From Balanoglossus misakiensis (lineage: Eukaryota; Animalia; Hemichordata): DNA of 64,000 nt. The stretch spans positions 1,044,783-1,108,782 of the forward strand of contig CM082580.2 in assembly GCA_040954595.2 (NCBI GenBank), in the 5' to 3' direction. This document shows, piece after piece, positions 28,028 to 42,250 of this stretch (the first letter of the stretch is position 1; each line of letters opens with the position of its first letter). The position numbers were made by a program, and so were the translations under genes. The notes below the pieces were generated by a model. It saw only the letters and a list, made by a program, of their open reading frames with translations. It did no database searches and was not told the DNA's origin.

Positions 28028-28559
28028 GGTAAAATTATATAAGGCTGTTTATTTTACTGATAAAAAATTTTATAGGTCTTTGTAGGTTATAATAAAGAAA
28101 ATTATCAAAATCGGTTCACCAGTTTTCAAGGTACAAAAGCATCAAAAAATACTGATATTCTCAAGTATCTTCAACATTTTTCAAAAAATTATGCACGATT
28201 CACAGAAGAATACTTCTTTCAGTTTTACAGGAGATCATCTAAACTTGTAAAGAAAATCTCTCTTTTTTTTGCATGGCACCATGGGAAATATGAAATTTTG
28301 CAATGTTTGATGTTCCGTGTCTCAATCATAGTTGATCTAATTGTAACGAAATTTTCAGAATATATTACAATATATGTGCAGATACAGATAGTGACTTCAG
28401 TTTTTGATATCTGGATTACAATTTAAATTCCCAGGCGCTCAAAAAAGGAAAAACCTAGCATTTTACCATTGCAAATGGGCGGCCATATTGGATTGATATT
28501 TCATTAGATGGCAATATCTGTTTATACACTGCAATTTGCTGAAAATCAGTTCAATCACT

Positions 28560-29000
28560 GTAGTGAGTGGAAATATTTAAATTCTTGTGTATTTTGAGCA
28601 ATAATACTACTACCAAAAATATTTTATACAGTTACTTCTGGACAGCAAAAATTGCCATCATTTTCACCAAAATTGTACAATATCTTACGTCAATCGCTTC
28701 AGGGAACATGCCTACCAAAGCTCAAGGCAATCTGACAATCAGTTTGAAAGAAAATAATTTTTAATGAAAAATTCCAAAACTATCACACACAAAACGCAAA
28801 TATGCATATTTCAAGTATTTTTCTAAAACATCTCACTTAATTATTCCCAAGGAACAACCCTGCAAAATTTGAAAGCAATCTGACAAGCAGTTTTAGATAA
28901 AACAATTTTTGACCAAAAAAGACAAAAAATTCTACAAAATTATAAATATGCACATTTTTCATCAACCAGGTTTTCATCAAATGGGACCATATATCCAAAT
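28560..29000. repeat. Degenerate interspersed repeat with tandem subunits
   Basis: Recurring AAAGCAATCTGACAAG...TTTTTGACCAAAAA-type motifs, also at 31.2-32.7 kb and reverse-complemented at 45.9-46.9 kb. Confidence 0.55.
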
Positions 29001-29339
29001 GTATGCTTCAAAGCAACACGACTCTCAGAGAAAAAAATGCTTGTCACCCTGGTCAAAAATTTGGTTTTACTAAAACATCAAATCGGTTATCTCTCAAAGC
29101 TAAAAGGGTTATCACCAAACAGATTACAATTTTCTTTACTTGTGGTGGTTTTGGTTTTATCGGTTTGCCCAATAAAAATTAGGATAATTGTTTAAGTATG
29201 CCAACAGTGAGGTGGAAATCACACCAGAAAAGCGAAAATACGCCAACAACATGTAAACAGTAAAATGTTACGAAAAAACAAACAGAAAAGCGAAAATACA
29301 CCAACCACGTTTAAACCGTAAAATTAAAAAAAAATGCAA

Positions 29340-30920
29340 ACACTGGCTCTACGTGCGCTTAGGCAAGAGGCCTAGCAATAAAATTCTCACAGAGTATAAC
29401 CCTATAAATATGTCTAGACTTTCTCGATTATGACCTCAGGGTCAGCAGCGAAGCCATACACAGAATGGCCGAGAGGCATGGCTAGCTGCACGCCCGTAGC
29501 TCGGATTTTTTTCTGGAATAAGACCTACTTCTGTTCAACTACAAGGTGTTGAACGGATAGCTGCAAATCACCTAATACCAGACTAAACAATCGAGCGACG
29601 GTAACGTAGCTACATAGGCTATGGTACTAAAAGCAATGACTGGATTATGAGCCTACCGAAAAGACGTCTTGATCCCGCGGCAGTAAGAAGGAAAGTGGTC
29701 GAAACCCGGCGTCGCACACCGGAAACGGGTCAATGATCACCTGTTGTTATGGAGAGTGGGACTTGTTACCCAATCACAGACCATAGTTAGCATTACGACA
29801 CACTAATGAATATGCATACATGCTATAGCTGCATATTTTATTATTTTAGAACGCACTGGAACATGCTCGCATTCGAAGGAATATTCCATTTGTATATGCA
29901 AATAGCAAACCTATGTTCTCGAGTGTGAGTGCACCATTGTCTCAGGGGGGTGGCTCACGTCCCAAAGAACAGGGGGTAATTTTCTACCACAGCCGCGCAT
30001 TTCAAACCGAGCAAGCAAACTGCTAACTTCCGTTGTCTGGGCAACATTTTGATGTGCGTTAAGTTTTGCACCTATTCGACTTTGAGGAAACAGACCTATA
30101 ATACTTCCTAATGTGGTTCTCTTTCTGGGTCATTTTGTTGGTCCAACCACGATCCACGAGATCGTAAACTGCTTGGATTAGGGCGCGTTAGGAAGCTGCA
30201 GCTGCGGCCGCAGGTCAAGTCGGTGTGTGTTGTATTTAACAAACATGGTGAATGTGTTCGGCACAGCAACATGCTCGCTCTACCCACAGCCACTGTACCG
30301 TACTGTCGATCGTTTCCATGTCTGTTTCACGCTCGCTCTTTATAATGCCCTTATCACGCCTCCCGTATTGTGTTCATGATATGACAGTCCCACTAATCTG
30401 ACAACACGCTCGCTTTTATTATGTCAATTTGTCCCGTTCGCTAGCACTGCGTTCAGGCCTGCATTCACCATTAACAGACTATCCCATTCGCCAACTTTAC
30501 TGAACTACAAAGTGAAGAACCAGTTTGCGTCTTGGCCGAAACAACCGGGGTCATGGAAATTAAAGGCCGAACCGAGAAGATTAAGTGCCATTCCCGAAGT
30601 AACGACCAACCAATGTTTACAGAGAAATCAGATGACATCAAATAGCGGAGTTCTTATCCTGTCGGGATGCGTTTACCTCGGAATCGGCGAAGTTTTTTTG
30701 TCGTCGAGTTTGATTTCATGGACGATGCAGTCTAGTTATTTGATGATCCATAATTGATATTTTTTTTTGGGGGGGGGGGGGGGTCCTGGTGTCGATAATT
30801 CGAGGCAGGAGAAGAAATGTGCCGACAGCGCAAATTGCCGTTTTTCTCGCTCTGTTTAGTCGATTTTGACAACTTCAAAAGTATTAAACTTCACTCTGCG
30901 TTGGTCGAGAGGTCTTAAAT
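29340..30920. other. CpG-rich segment (promoter-like or young DNA transposon)
   Basis: Locally raised GC and CpG against AT-rich flanks; CCGGAA motif at ~29719; no convincing ORF. Confidence 0.4.
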
Positions 30921-31199
30921 TTTACCCATCCAACAAAACAAACGTTTGTAGTCAATAAAGTGTTCTTGGCGGGAATTAAAATTGATTCAATGCAATTCAA
31001 GTTTGAATTTGATCAAATTTTCTAAATATAGATAAATCGACAGGCCAACACTGTCCATGCACCAAAAAGAACAGCTGGTCGCGGAGATGAATTTTGTTTT
31101 TGTATATAACAAAATACCCTACAAAATATAAAAGTTCCGAATTACCTATAATTTGATTCCATTATAATTCCAATACTCAATTTACTCAATTTTAGAGTA

Positions 31200-32700
31200 A
31201 TACACTGGGAACTATTATTTTTCAAAATTGGAAAATATGCCCCCAAAATACAAGATATTGCCAACAAAAAGCATTGACACTTTCATCATTGGTTTTGTAA
31301 ATTATCATGACAACGCACCCAGGAACCTTTAAATCAAATTTGAAAGCAATGGAGTAGAGGGTTCTGAGAAAGAGTTTTGACCAAAAATGGCAAAAATCAC
31401 CCCAAAAATATAATATTAAATTCTTCTAGTTGATTTGACAAACATACATGCAAATTTCCAAAGCAATCTATGAGCTGTTTTACATTTAAAAAATGATCAA
31501 AAAGGTAAAAATTGCTCGCAAATTTTGCAGCAATTTAAACAAAACTTTAGTAACTCAGATCACCTATATGAAGCTCCATACTAAATTTCAAAGAGGTGGG
31601 CTGATTAATTCCAGAAAGGTAGTTTTTTACAAAAATGTAGAAAAAGACAAACAAATGCGAAAAATAGAAAATTCAAAGTATTACCTCAAAACATACAGAA
31701 TCATTATGACCAGGGGTGGCTGAGTTTCTGAGTTTTGACCAAATTAAGGTTTTTCCCAGAAAATTTGCATATTTTTGGCAATGTCAACTTCGTTTGAACA
31801 AACTCCCATCTACAACCCGGTATGCATCTACACACCAAATATCGAGGTTGTACGCGTAGCAGTCTTCAAGTTTTTGATGTGGATGGACATACTCCCATAC
31901 ATCCATACAGATGCAACGTACCGATCTCATAAGGTCCCACTGGAATATACCAATACAAATGTGACATAAACACTTGACTTGCGGACGCTGTTACTCCTCA
32001 ATGAAAGCAGATAACGCGACACAAACTGGTCATTTTTTTCAAACTTGTGCTATAAGTAATATGTGTGACCAACTCTATGACTTAATTTTTTGTTAATGAC
32101 CTAATACCAAACAAATAGATATGATCTAATTTAAAAAAACTGTCCCAAAACTGCCAAACACAAAAATGCAAACATCACCAAAATTATACAATATCTTACT
32201 TCGATGAGAACATGCTTACCAAAGTTCAAAGCAATCTGACAAGTGGTTTCAACAAGAAAATCACAAGTTACCTCAAGAACACAAATAAGCAAATTTCAAC
32301 AAAATTTTCAAACAACTTACAATTGCTTAACCCTGAGAACATGCCTACCAATTCCCAAAGCAATCTGACAAGCACGAGGTTTCAGAGAAAACGATTTTTG
32401 ACCAAAAATTGCAAAATTTGGCTCATAATTACAAATGTGCAAACTTTGCAACAATTACACCTATAGGAAGATTTATACTAAATGTTAAAGAAATCAGCCA
32501 ATTACTTTCATAGAAAATATTTTACCATTGTGTTAAAAGACAAAACATTCATAAAAAGTAGACAATTCACGATGTTAGCTTAGAACTTATATAGCTCTAT
32601 GATCTTGGCATAAGAAACATGCATACCACTTTTCAAAGCAATCTGACCAGTAGTTCCCAGCTAACAACTGAGAACAGAATAGCCAAAATCATCACCAGCG
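31200..32700. repeat. Degenerate interspersed repeat, same family as 28.6 kb
   Basis: Repeated CAAAGCAATCTGAC, AACATGCCTACC and TTTTGACCAAAAA-type motifs. Confidence 0.55.
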
Positions 32701-35023
32701 CCTAACACTACATTTGATTTTAATCAGATGAAAAAGGGAAGTAAGCAGACCATTTGTTGGAGCGGCTGATCCTCACCTGAAATCAAAGAGACAGACAAAA
32801 GCACTCATTTTATCAGAATATTTATTTTATGTATGCAAAAATCCTAACATGATATCTCTGTCTACTTGTTTATCCTGATAGGAAAATTGTTAGAATAAAA
32901 ATATCAAAGATATTTCTTCCTAACGCTGCATACACTATGTACATACTCTAGCAGTCTTGAAAGTACACTGAAATGTTTGTCAAAAGCTCTTCTTAAAAAC
33001 TGCATAACATACCAAACTTTCAGTACAATATAAGCAATATCCGGAAAAAAATTAAACCAACTTAGCATCTTATGCAAAATGAAAGAAATTGAGGAATCGT
33101 GTCCCCCCTTCCCTTCAGCACTATACATGATTCTACAGCCTCAAGGTGTCATTCTTCACACAAACATAAAATGAATGGCTGAAATTCTAGAAATGTAGAA
33201 ACAATGACATGTGAATATTGTTATTAAAAATGTGATTTTAATCGTTTGGCAACTATGGTCACTTCCTAATAATTGACTATATTTCTTAACATGCATCTAA
33301 TAGTTTGATTCTACCATGCTTGTCACGGATTTTGCCGATCACCAAACACAAAACACAACAAAATGGTTTAACAGTTTCACAAGCCATATGCCTAAAACAG
33401 GGACATCATCAGTTCATATGTATGGCCAGTCTGGCTACAGAGGTGAACTGACTATGTATATGCATGGGATTCTTTTATATCCCTTTGGTCACGTGACCAG
33501 TTTATATATTTTCTGCTATTTCCCCAAGGGATTCATAGTCGATTCTATTTTCTTATCACCTGACGGATTCTGGCGAATCATGACACAGTGTTAGCATGAG
33601 GTATGTTATAAATACAGATATTACATACATACCGGTATTCAAATGAACTAATGGTTCGGTCCAAATCCATTGTTTCTGTTGGAAAAGTTGGATGTCTACA
33701 CAGGGAACTGGGGGTGAATGGTGAGAGTGCTAAGAAAAAAGGCTGATGGTAATTTTCCATTTTTATCTAACCTGTATACATGTGTGTGCAAGTTAATTGT
33801 TTTACAAAACTCTCCTTGAGAGTCAAATGAAGGCACCTGATATAAGCCCAAAGACTTCATTCTTTTCCACACACCACTTTTCTCTTTTCAAAGAGCTCCA
33901 TTTCAAATTGTGTACACAAACAATGTCATTGTCACTGCCCAAGCCCAAACTTTCAAATTACAATGTGACATTTCAAAACACTGTTAGACTTCCCAATGAA
34001 ACATTAACTCTGGATCGGTATCCATTCAAATTAGTGACAGCCCCGGGGTTAGATTGTTGTTAATTTTGTTATAATGGTGATATTTAATTGTTTGGCTTTA
34101 ACAAAAATTATTACATGGACGTATAAACGTGTTATGTCCACACATATGCTGTGAGTTCAGCTTCAATCCAATTTCATAACAAATTATTCAACAACAAAAA
34201 TAGAAAATGAACATCAAGAGCTAGTGACTTCGTGGCTTTCACATGATAAATATACATTGCCCCATGCTAGAGTGTAATATTAACATGTCTCATACAACCT
34301 ACAATTCTCTGTATATAACCAAACACATTCATTATAGCTGCATTAGTTGGGTCACATAATCTGGAACCAGATAGGCTGACCTGAGCAATCCATGTTTTTG
34401 CAAGTGTTGTATTGTCACTGTTATAGTGTGACTTCTTTGGTGTAATGCTCCAATGAACATGTGAGTTTCAATTGGATAGATAAATGACCAATAACACAAA
34501 GTCTGTGATTGGGTAATACAAATGATTGGTATACAACTGGAAGTTCTGACACTGAAAGAGCTGTCTATTGCTCTCTTCCCTGAGGGAGCGATAGAGAGTA
34601 ACTTTAGAGATACATTCTCCAATGATCAGGAGTTAATAAGGTATTAGTCTAGTATATAGCTGTATTTTATCTGCTTTGCTTTCAAAAAACTATGCATGCC
34701 ACTGGCCCAATAAAGCATGATACCCCTTGCAGGGAATCGTGATGTAATTAGCATTACTTTGAAGTCAATCACGGACTTTGTTTTTCCAATGATTGGTCAA
34801 AGGATACATATGTGTGATTAAGGATTGGTACCATTTTAAATTTAAATTAGCCTTGCCTTTACTATAACCTTACACACAATCGCCATTGTTCAGTTTATGT
34901 CAGTGACTTTAAGGGGGATGGTAGTTACATCACAATTCCCAGCAAGAGCTATCAGGCTTTATTGGGCCAGTGGCATGCATCACTCTTGATGTTAGTTTTG
35001 GAAGTGGAAAAAATATGGCTATA

Positions 35024-35231
35024 TACTGTAAAACATGAAATTTTCGCAACGGGAAATTTTCATAATATCAAATGTGGCAACTGTTATGCAACGATTAATT
35101 TTCGCATTCTCGAATTTCAATTCATCATTATTTCTGAAAAACATGTTTACGCGACTTTTTAGTTTCGTGTTTTTTTAGCACTTGCATGATTCGGGCGAAT
35201 TTATCTCTCATGAAAATTTCCCATTTTACAT
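35024..35231. mobile_element. TA-flanked MITE (CTGTAAAAC terminus)
   Basis: TACTGTAAAACATGAAATTTTCGC ... GAAAATTTCCCATTTTACATA. Related copy at 57465-57658. Confidence 0.6.
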
Positions 35232-35719
35232 ACATCCTAAGAATCATTTTTTCACACCAGAAGACAATGCACAGTTGCTTTGTGTATGGCATACTTTGTA
35301 TTACAATAGACACTGACAACTAGTTACATCCTCCCAGCATACAAATATGGTTATATTGAAATAAGGCATTATGATGGAAACAATGTAAAGCTAATGCAAG
35401 AATTAGTACAGACCGAGTATATTATGTTACTACACTGGAATAACAATTTCGTGTTATTTGATCTGTTTAAATTTTTTTTTTTAAATCAAGGAACACTGAA
35501 GAATGAGTGGAGGTGATAGCTTTGGAATGGATATGTCTGTATACAGTAAATGAGAGTGATAAATATTCCAAATCCCCAATACTTGACTGTCTGGAAAAAA
35601 CCTTGAGAATTTTCTGACATTTCTTTGGGCATCTGGGTTTCATTTAGTATATAGAAGTTACAACGGTAATGAAGGCATGAACAGTCTCCTGTTCATTATA
35701 GTCAGTTTCCTGTAAGAAT

Positions 35720-35968
35720 TTATTGATTCGGAATATCAAAAAGACTCATGTCAACAGCCAGCAGATTACTACATGATTGTTGCAGTGTTTGTTGCATGCT
35801 GGGTGCCAAGTCCATCTGAGGTACCTGTGGTCGCGGCCGTGGCTGTTGTCCTAGTTACAGCTGTTGCTGTTGTTGTTGTGATAACTGTTGCTGTTGTTGT
35901 TGTTGTTGCCATGTTTGTTGTTGTGGTGGTGGAATGGTTGCTTTTGTTCCGCTGGCTTGTTGCTGCTG
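35720..35968 (-). pseudogene. MED25: MED25 terminal exon with premature stop
   Basis: aactgcag|QQQQASGTKATIPPPQQQTWQQ...QL*LGQQPRPRPQVPQ...NLLAVDMSLFDIPNQ*. Internal TAA at 35855-35857. The acidic-hydrophobic tail resembles the MED25 C-terminus. Confidence 0.6.
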
Positions 35969-37227
35969 CTGCAGTTAAATACAAACAAAACAGTTTTCTT
36001 TTAAAGTCACTTCACAGCAAATGGCAATGTATCAGGAGACACTTCTTTTTAATTTTCTTTACATTTGTCAATCAGACTGAAATTTAGGGCGGCATATAGT
36101 TAGTTACTTGGGAAATTGATTTAGGCTGTGTCTAAAATTGATGGTTAGTTTCAAGACCCCTGTTGACCTAATTAATTATGTACACTCCTAATTCTAGGCT
36201 AACCAATAGATCTAGAAGTTTAGATTTTGTAGGACATAGATCAGTTTAGGATCAAAACTTTTTGACAAAATTTTGGGTATCCACAGCAGATAATCCTTAG
36301 CATTCTGTAGGAACCCTGGGAATTGCTTGGGCCCAGTGAACACTGCTTGCAGCTTTAATTCACCATGTTCTCAGATGCAGACATTTTGAAGAGAATATGA
36401 TTTAAATTCTAAGCAGACTTTTGTTAAAGTGTAATGTTCATCTAACACACATTTGCCAAAGCAGAGACTCTAGTTACAAAATTGTTATCTATGCCACAAG
36501 TGCTGTCTTAACAACAGACAAGGTGGCGGCAACCATAGTCTGTGTCATAGATTAGGAAAAGACAGCAAATTGAGTGAAAAGAAGAGACAAAACTAAATTC
36601 TTCTTATCTGGCATGCAAGAAATATAGAAGGAAGCGAAGGCAGTCCACTATATGAATGCACGCACATAAAATTGTGCAGAATATTTGGATTGGACGTTAT
36701 TTTGTACACACAAAATTAACGCATATGTGCATAAGAGTAAGATGATTGTCGTCATTTAAAACTGTCTGTCAGAGGTTATCATCAGTGCTTCCACACTGGT
36801 ACCATGGAAAAACTAGAGGAATTGAAAATAAGAATGAGACAAGATTTGTTGTATTTCTTTGTCAGTAATTTAGGTCTGCTTTCCTTCCAGCTTTTCCCCC
36901 CACACTAAAACTGAACAGGTTGGACCAGTCACACCTCCCTTAATCCTATTGGTCCCAATGTTTATTTCATCAATATATCTATGGCATGCTGACTTGGACA
37001 ATAATTCTGACACAAAATTGATCATGAGTGTGAACTGATTGCATAAACATTTTTCGAAAGTACTTCCTGTAAAAAGGGAGGAGGCTCCACACACCAGACT
37101 ATTTTTGTTTATGTACATGACTTACACATGCGGGGGTTGTCAACTTGATGAAATAGCCATTCTCTAGATTTCCTATTGTTATAAGAGTGTACATAAACAT
37201 GAAAAGTAAAATCATGAATATTAATAG

Positions 37228-37277
37228 ATGTGGTGCGTATGGCCGATTTGAGGCAAATCAGCCATACCCACCACGTC
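37228..37277. repeat. ~50-bp hairpin (MITE remnant?)
   Basis: GTGGTGCGTATGGCCGATTT-GAGGC-AAATCAGCCATACCCACCAC imperfect inverted repeat. Confidence 0.6.
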
Positions 37278-37527
37278 TAAATCTGTGTGGGGAAAAGTTG
37301 TCATGTTGGGCAAATAGTTCATTGAATTTATTCTGTGTGACTGTCAGGTCTTCAATACATTAAAATCATTTTGGGAATGGCACAGACCATGTTATTTGTA
37401 CCATCAAGAAAGCTCCTTTTTGAGAAAACTGATTTCATTTTTCCCCACATAACAATTCCCAGAAGTGCCACTGGTACCAGTCTTGGTTTTCAAAATATTC
37501 ACTGTACACATTATTATGACAACTTAC

Positions 37528-37779
37528 TTGTAAGAGGTGTTTTAGTTGTTGATTTGTTGATTGTATATTGGATGGCTGTGCTTGCACTGCTTGTTGTTGT
37601 TGTTGTTGTTATTGTTGGGCTCTCTCTTGTTGTAACCTTTGTAATTGCTGTTGTTGTTGATGTTGTTGTCTTAGAGCTATGAGTTGACTTTGTCTGGCAT
37701 GTTGATCTTGCTGTTGTTTCAATTCAAGTTCTTTTTTCTGTGCCATCTCTAGATTCTTCTGCAGTGCTTGAATATTCCT
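37528..37779 (-). pseudogene. MED25: MED25 C-terminal coiled-coil/polyQ exon with LxxLL box
   Basis: tttcag|...|gtaagt. RNIQALQKNLEMAQKKELELKQQQ...QQ*QQ...STNQQL; restoring 1 nt gives NQQLxHLLQ (cf. NPQLRSLLL). TAA at 37609-37611. Confidence 0.7.
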
Positions 37780-38893
37780 CTGAAAGATCAAACAAAGAAA
37801 AGTGTAAACATTCAAACATTGTCATCTGTGTCAATCTACCTACATGTAACATGACTACAGGAGCTTCAGCCAAGCCAAGCTTTTCACTTGGGAGATTATT
37901 GAAATCAATTTAAAACTCAGCAACTCCAACTTCGGGTTATTTTCTCAATACTTTTGTTTTGGCGGTCACCTTTCATTGAACAATGAATGGGCAAGTGCTC
38001 GCTCACTTCTTCACTGAATTTCACTGTTTGTTTATCTTATCATAAAAAAACTTGGGCATCGCAGTCCTTTGGACAAAAATATTCATGTGTGGTGATTTAA
38101 AATCAATGTTGCAAGAAGAAGAATTAATCACAGGATTAACGGTTTCTGATTGAAAAATACTAAATGCTTAATATGCCATATGCCGTACACAGAGTGATCA
38201 CATTAGTCAATAGGACAGCTGTTCCAAAGGACTAAAATGATGGCAACGTTTTAATATTATATTTATTTTACAAAACCTTGCATCTGAGCTTTACTTTAAA
38301 GTACTTCCATTTACTAGTAGTACAAGTGCACATCAGTTAACATTGACAGCTAGGCATGACGTCATAGATGTAGGACTTCAAAATGGACATTCTGAACAGT
38401 GGGGGCGCTCTATCATGGTGGATTTTAATGAACATGTGTATTTAATTTCATCACTCACATTTGTCCATGGAAACTGTATTTTAACATACGCTTATAGTTA
38501 AGGCATTTGCAGTATCTAGTCATATTACAGTAATACACCAGACATGTTCTTAACTCAACTAAATGTGTGTAAGTTCAATTTCTGACCTCACTCAGATTAC
38601 CCAAGTCCATGTGACAAACTCTACTGCAAGTATACAGACTTGAACTCCGGAAAAACTAGTCACCTACAATACTTGAAATGGAGCCACATCCAAAACTTGA
38701 CTTTGAGATCTTTTATCAAATCAGTTTTCCTTTTAGAATTAGAACTCCCATGCAATTTTTGTGACAGAGGAAATAAATAGATTCTCAGAAAAAAACAGTT
38801 TCCTCTTTAAAGATCCAACCTTACCATAGAAAATAAAAGGTTTAGACTGAACCATAGTGGTGAAAGGGTTAAGCCAGAGCATGTATCAAAATA

Positions 38894-39063
38894 CAGTAAA
38901 ACCTGTCTCAACCGAACCCTGTCTAATCTGGAAACCTGTATATTTCAAAGACATTGTTCAAACCTTTTGACATAGAACCACATGTTGAAAGAACCTCTTT
39001 AAATTGTACACCTGCAATCTGAACAATTTCTTCAGTCCCTTTGGTGTTAGACAGGTTTGACTG
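38894..39063. mobile_element. Tc1/mariner-type MITE
   Basis: TA|CAGTAAAACCTGTC...GACAGGTTTGACTG|TA. Confidence 0.75.
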
Positions 39064-39521
39064 TACTTGAAAGTGCAATTGAACAAAAATGCTAAAAAAT
39101 ATAATTGCAGAGAGTCAGTATTTTAGGCTGGGCATCATCTACATAGTTCCCAGAGTCAATACTGTCACAGTAGTCCATTTCTCTATGTACCAAATTTTAA
39201 TAAAACATTGCTATGCAGTCATGTTACCCTTCCAAGATGCAAACATGAGGCCAGTTGGTCACAAAGTAAAAACTTGATTGTCTTGTGTATCAACACTATA
39301 GTTGGGACTTATGTTCGACAGCCACATTTTATTGTAAGGTCAGTTTTACACGCAACTTGTATCATGTATACAACAAACTAGATGAGCTCGAGCAGTACTC
39401 TACTGACCGCCTTTTTCACATTGTCTGCATTGAGATGACACTTTATTTTGGAAGGCTGCCCTCTTTATGAAAAATGTCATGATTGTGTTACACGTAAAAA
39501 AGACAGAAATCAACACAACAG

Positions 39522-39706
39522 CAGTCAAACCTGCTCATTATGGCTAGTGAAGGGACTTTTCTAAACTGGCCTTTATAGATAAGTGGCCATTATACCTTGT
39601 AGAAAGTCAATTAATGTAGATGTAAATTGCACAGGGACTAGAATAAAGTGGCCACTATATAGAGGTGGCTGCCTAATAGAGGTGGCCACTCAAACAGGTT
39701 TGACTG
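39522..39706. mobile_element. Tc1/mariner-type MITE, same family as 56220-56552 in opposite orientation
   Basis: CAGTCAAACCTG...CAGGTTTGACTG|TA, with internal AGAGGTGGC repeats. Confidence 0.8.
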
Positions 39707-39847
39707 TATGTTGATTTGTGTCATGAATAGCTGACATTTACCAATGACTGATTGTACAATATATGATTTCAGTGTCACATATACATGTATAAGACACTAA
39801 GTACAAACCCATACATCTTACTTTCTCTCCAAATTGTAGATACTCAC

Positions 39848-39957
39848 CAACGCATGTATGTTGAATCCTGGTCTGCAACCACACTGGTAACTGGTTGGTG
39901 TGTTGTAACATACTCGTTGGCATGGTGACCAACCAGCTTGATCGCACTCATTGTCAT
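39848..39957 (-). pseudogene. Calcium-binding EGF exon 4, frameshifted
   Basis: ctgcag|...G|gtgagt, 110 nt (not a multiple of 3). DDNECDQAGWSPCQRVCYNTPTSYQCGCRPGF / HTCV. Confidence 0.85.
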
Positions 39958-41813
39958 CTGCAGGGAAAACACAAATATCATAAAATGTATTAGAATGAAT
40001 ACATGTGAATTACAGTTGTCTTTGAGTGGACATTTGAAAATATACGACAAGAGAGCAAAATTGTGTGAAACTTAATAAATATCATCTGGCATACAACTTG
40101 GTCATATCATATGTTTATCTGTACCAGTACTGAATACTGATAAACAAACAATGTAGTAACCAAATAACATTTAACAAGGTAGTGTTTGAAAGCCAAAAAT
40201 ATCATGCATAAGACAACAAACTCATTGTTTTGGCTCCGAAGTGTAAACAGAGGAGTCTGTCAAGTTGGGTATGAGCTACTACTTCCGTCTGTCAAACTAC
40301 TTCCGTCCGTCAAGAATTCATACCATTTTCTAGTAGGGGTGTGTAGCTTTATGTTTTTGGCGGTGGTGTGTAGCTTTGAGGTGTTGAGGAAGAATTGGAA
40401 CAGTGACAGAAATCGGAACGGATTAGCCAGCAGTGTTTTCACTACCCGCGAGAAAACAGTTGTGTTTGGCGAGACGATTTTCATACAAATTGGTCAAACT
40501 TGTGAAGAACTGCTATCTAACATCGTCATTTGTTTTGCCATGATCAACTTGCCACGATCAGTGCACTACAATGCGTGAAATTGGACCGCTGTTCTGTTCA
40601 TTGATCATCACCCCCCCCCCCCCTGTATCATGAACATTGTAAGGCAATACATTGAATTCAGCTCTTCCAGCTAGTGGCCGCACTCGCTTGATTTCCTGTG
40701 TGTGTCTCTGGGGACACAAATAATGCATATGCGTCTTTTTCTAATTTGCATATTTTGAATTGGTTAGGTGTGCCTTGACTTGAACGCGTCAAGCGTACAG
40801 GTTGTTATGGAAGTTTCTTTTTAGAACGACTAGTGTTAGTCTGTGGGCCCAACCAGCAAAAATAAGTTCTAGAAATGTCATTATGTTGTATAAGAGTTTT
40901 GTTCTACATGAAATTAGCTGGAAATGACAGGTGGGAAACTATTGATGTGAAATCAGGTCACTTCTACCGAAAATGATGGACCAGAGAGCAATGACTTTTT
41001 AAAATTATTTCATATACTATGTTCACAACTGCTATGCTCCCATAAACTGGGGAAACTAAATGATTGAACTTTCTGTTTGAACAATTCATGTATTTTTTTG
41101 CTAACACCTACACTACTATAGTCAGCACATGACATTACCTATATACTTGAAAATGGAGAACTTTTTATCAAAACACTTAAGCTGATCTTGAATGCTGTCT
41201 GATATTTTTTTTCAAAATATATTTCTTTCACGTTTAGACTAGTGCTTCTACTTGCACTGTTTTTTTTTCAAAACACATTTCTCATAGCTTGCACTGGTGC
41301 AATTTGATACGACAATACACAATGAATTCCATCAGTATAACATAAGATACAAAATCTGAGAGGGAAATGACAGAATATATTTGTGTGAGGCCATTTGTGT
41401 GTGCGGGCCATTTTAAGACTAAATTTAAAACAGTTATTAGAGCCATTGACAAGTGGTTTTTCCCTCTGCCAAGCACCCACCTTATCAAGCTTCATTCAAT
41501 ATTACATGAGCAAAACAGTTCAGCATTTCACCTTGGTGTTTGCAAATTGTTCCTTTCACCCATATACCAAACCACTGTTCTCCAAACATGCTGCTCATCA
41601 GCCACTACACACTGAGAGAGCACCAGGTGTCCTTGACGCTATTTTTTTAAATTTCTAACTATGGAAAGTGCCTGATAACTTTTAATTATTTTCTGTTTTA
41701 ACATGGTGACTGACTGTAAAGTCTGTCACTTACAACTTCTGTAAGCGCCCTTTTGAAGCAGGAAATGCAAATCCATTGTTGACCTATCCCCTCCCCACTC
41801 AAAAAAAACTTAC

Positions 41814-41933
41814 CTAAACAATTGACATGCTCTGCACTCAGAGAGAAACCATCATCACCACAACTACAGCTGAATCCACCCTCTGCATTGAGAAAACCTC
41901 CAGCACAAACAGAATCTGAACACTCATTCACAT
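41814..41933 (-). pseudogene. Calcium-binding EGF exon 3 (one Cys lost)
   Basis: ttttcag|...G|gtaagt, 120 nt. DVNECSDSVCAGGFLNAEGGFSCSCGDDGFSLSAEHVNCL. Confidence 0.85.
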
Positions 41934-42250
41934 CTGAAAATAGAGAGAAAAAAACATCCGTTGTAATTATTCAAGTCAATACCAATCCTCCCTTCCTTTA
42001 AAAATTTCCATAAAGTGAACAAATTCACATGGCTTTGAAATTAGTATTAACAGTGATATTTCTAATATTTCTAACAGGCCTGACTTTTCTAAACTTTGAG
42101 TTTCTTTGTGGATTTGTAGAAATGATCTACAAACTGAGCTGTCAGGTCATAACTGTTTGTGCTTTGGCATGTACACATATCCCAGTATGCCCTACATGGT
42201 TGGCAGTGAAATTGATAAAATCTTCACCTAAGATTTCAAACTCGTAGATC

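Noticed and set aside
35773-37682. Val-rich, membrane-like + strand ORFs (35773, 37371) and a Thr-rich minus ORF (35769)
   Set aside because: Antisense or alternative frames of the polyQ MED25 exons.
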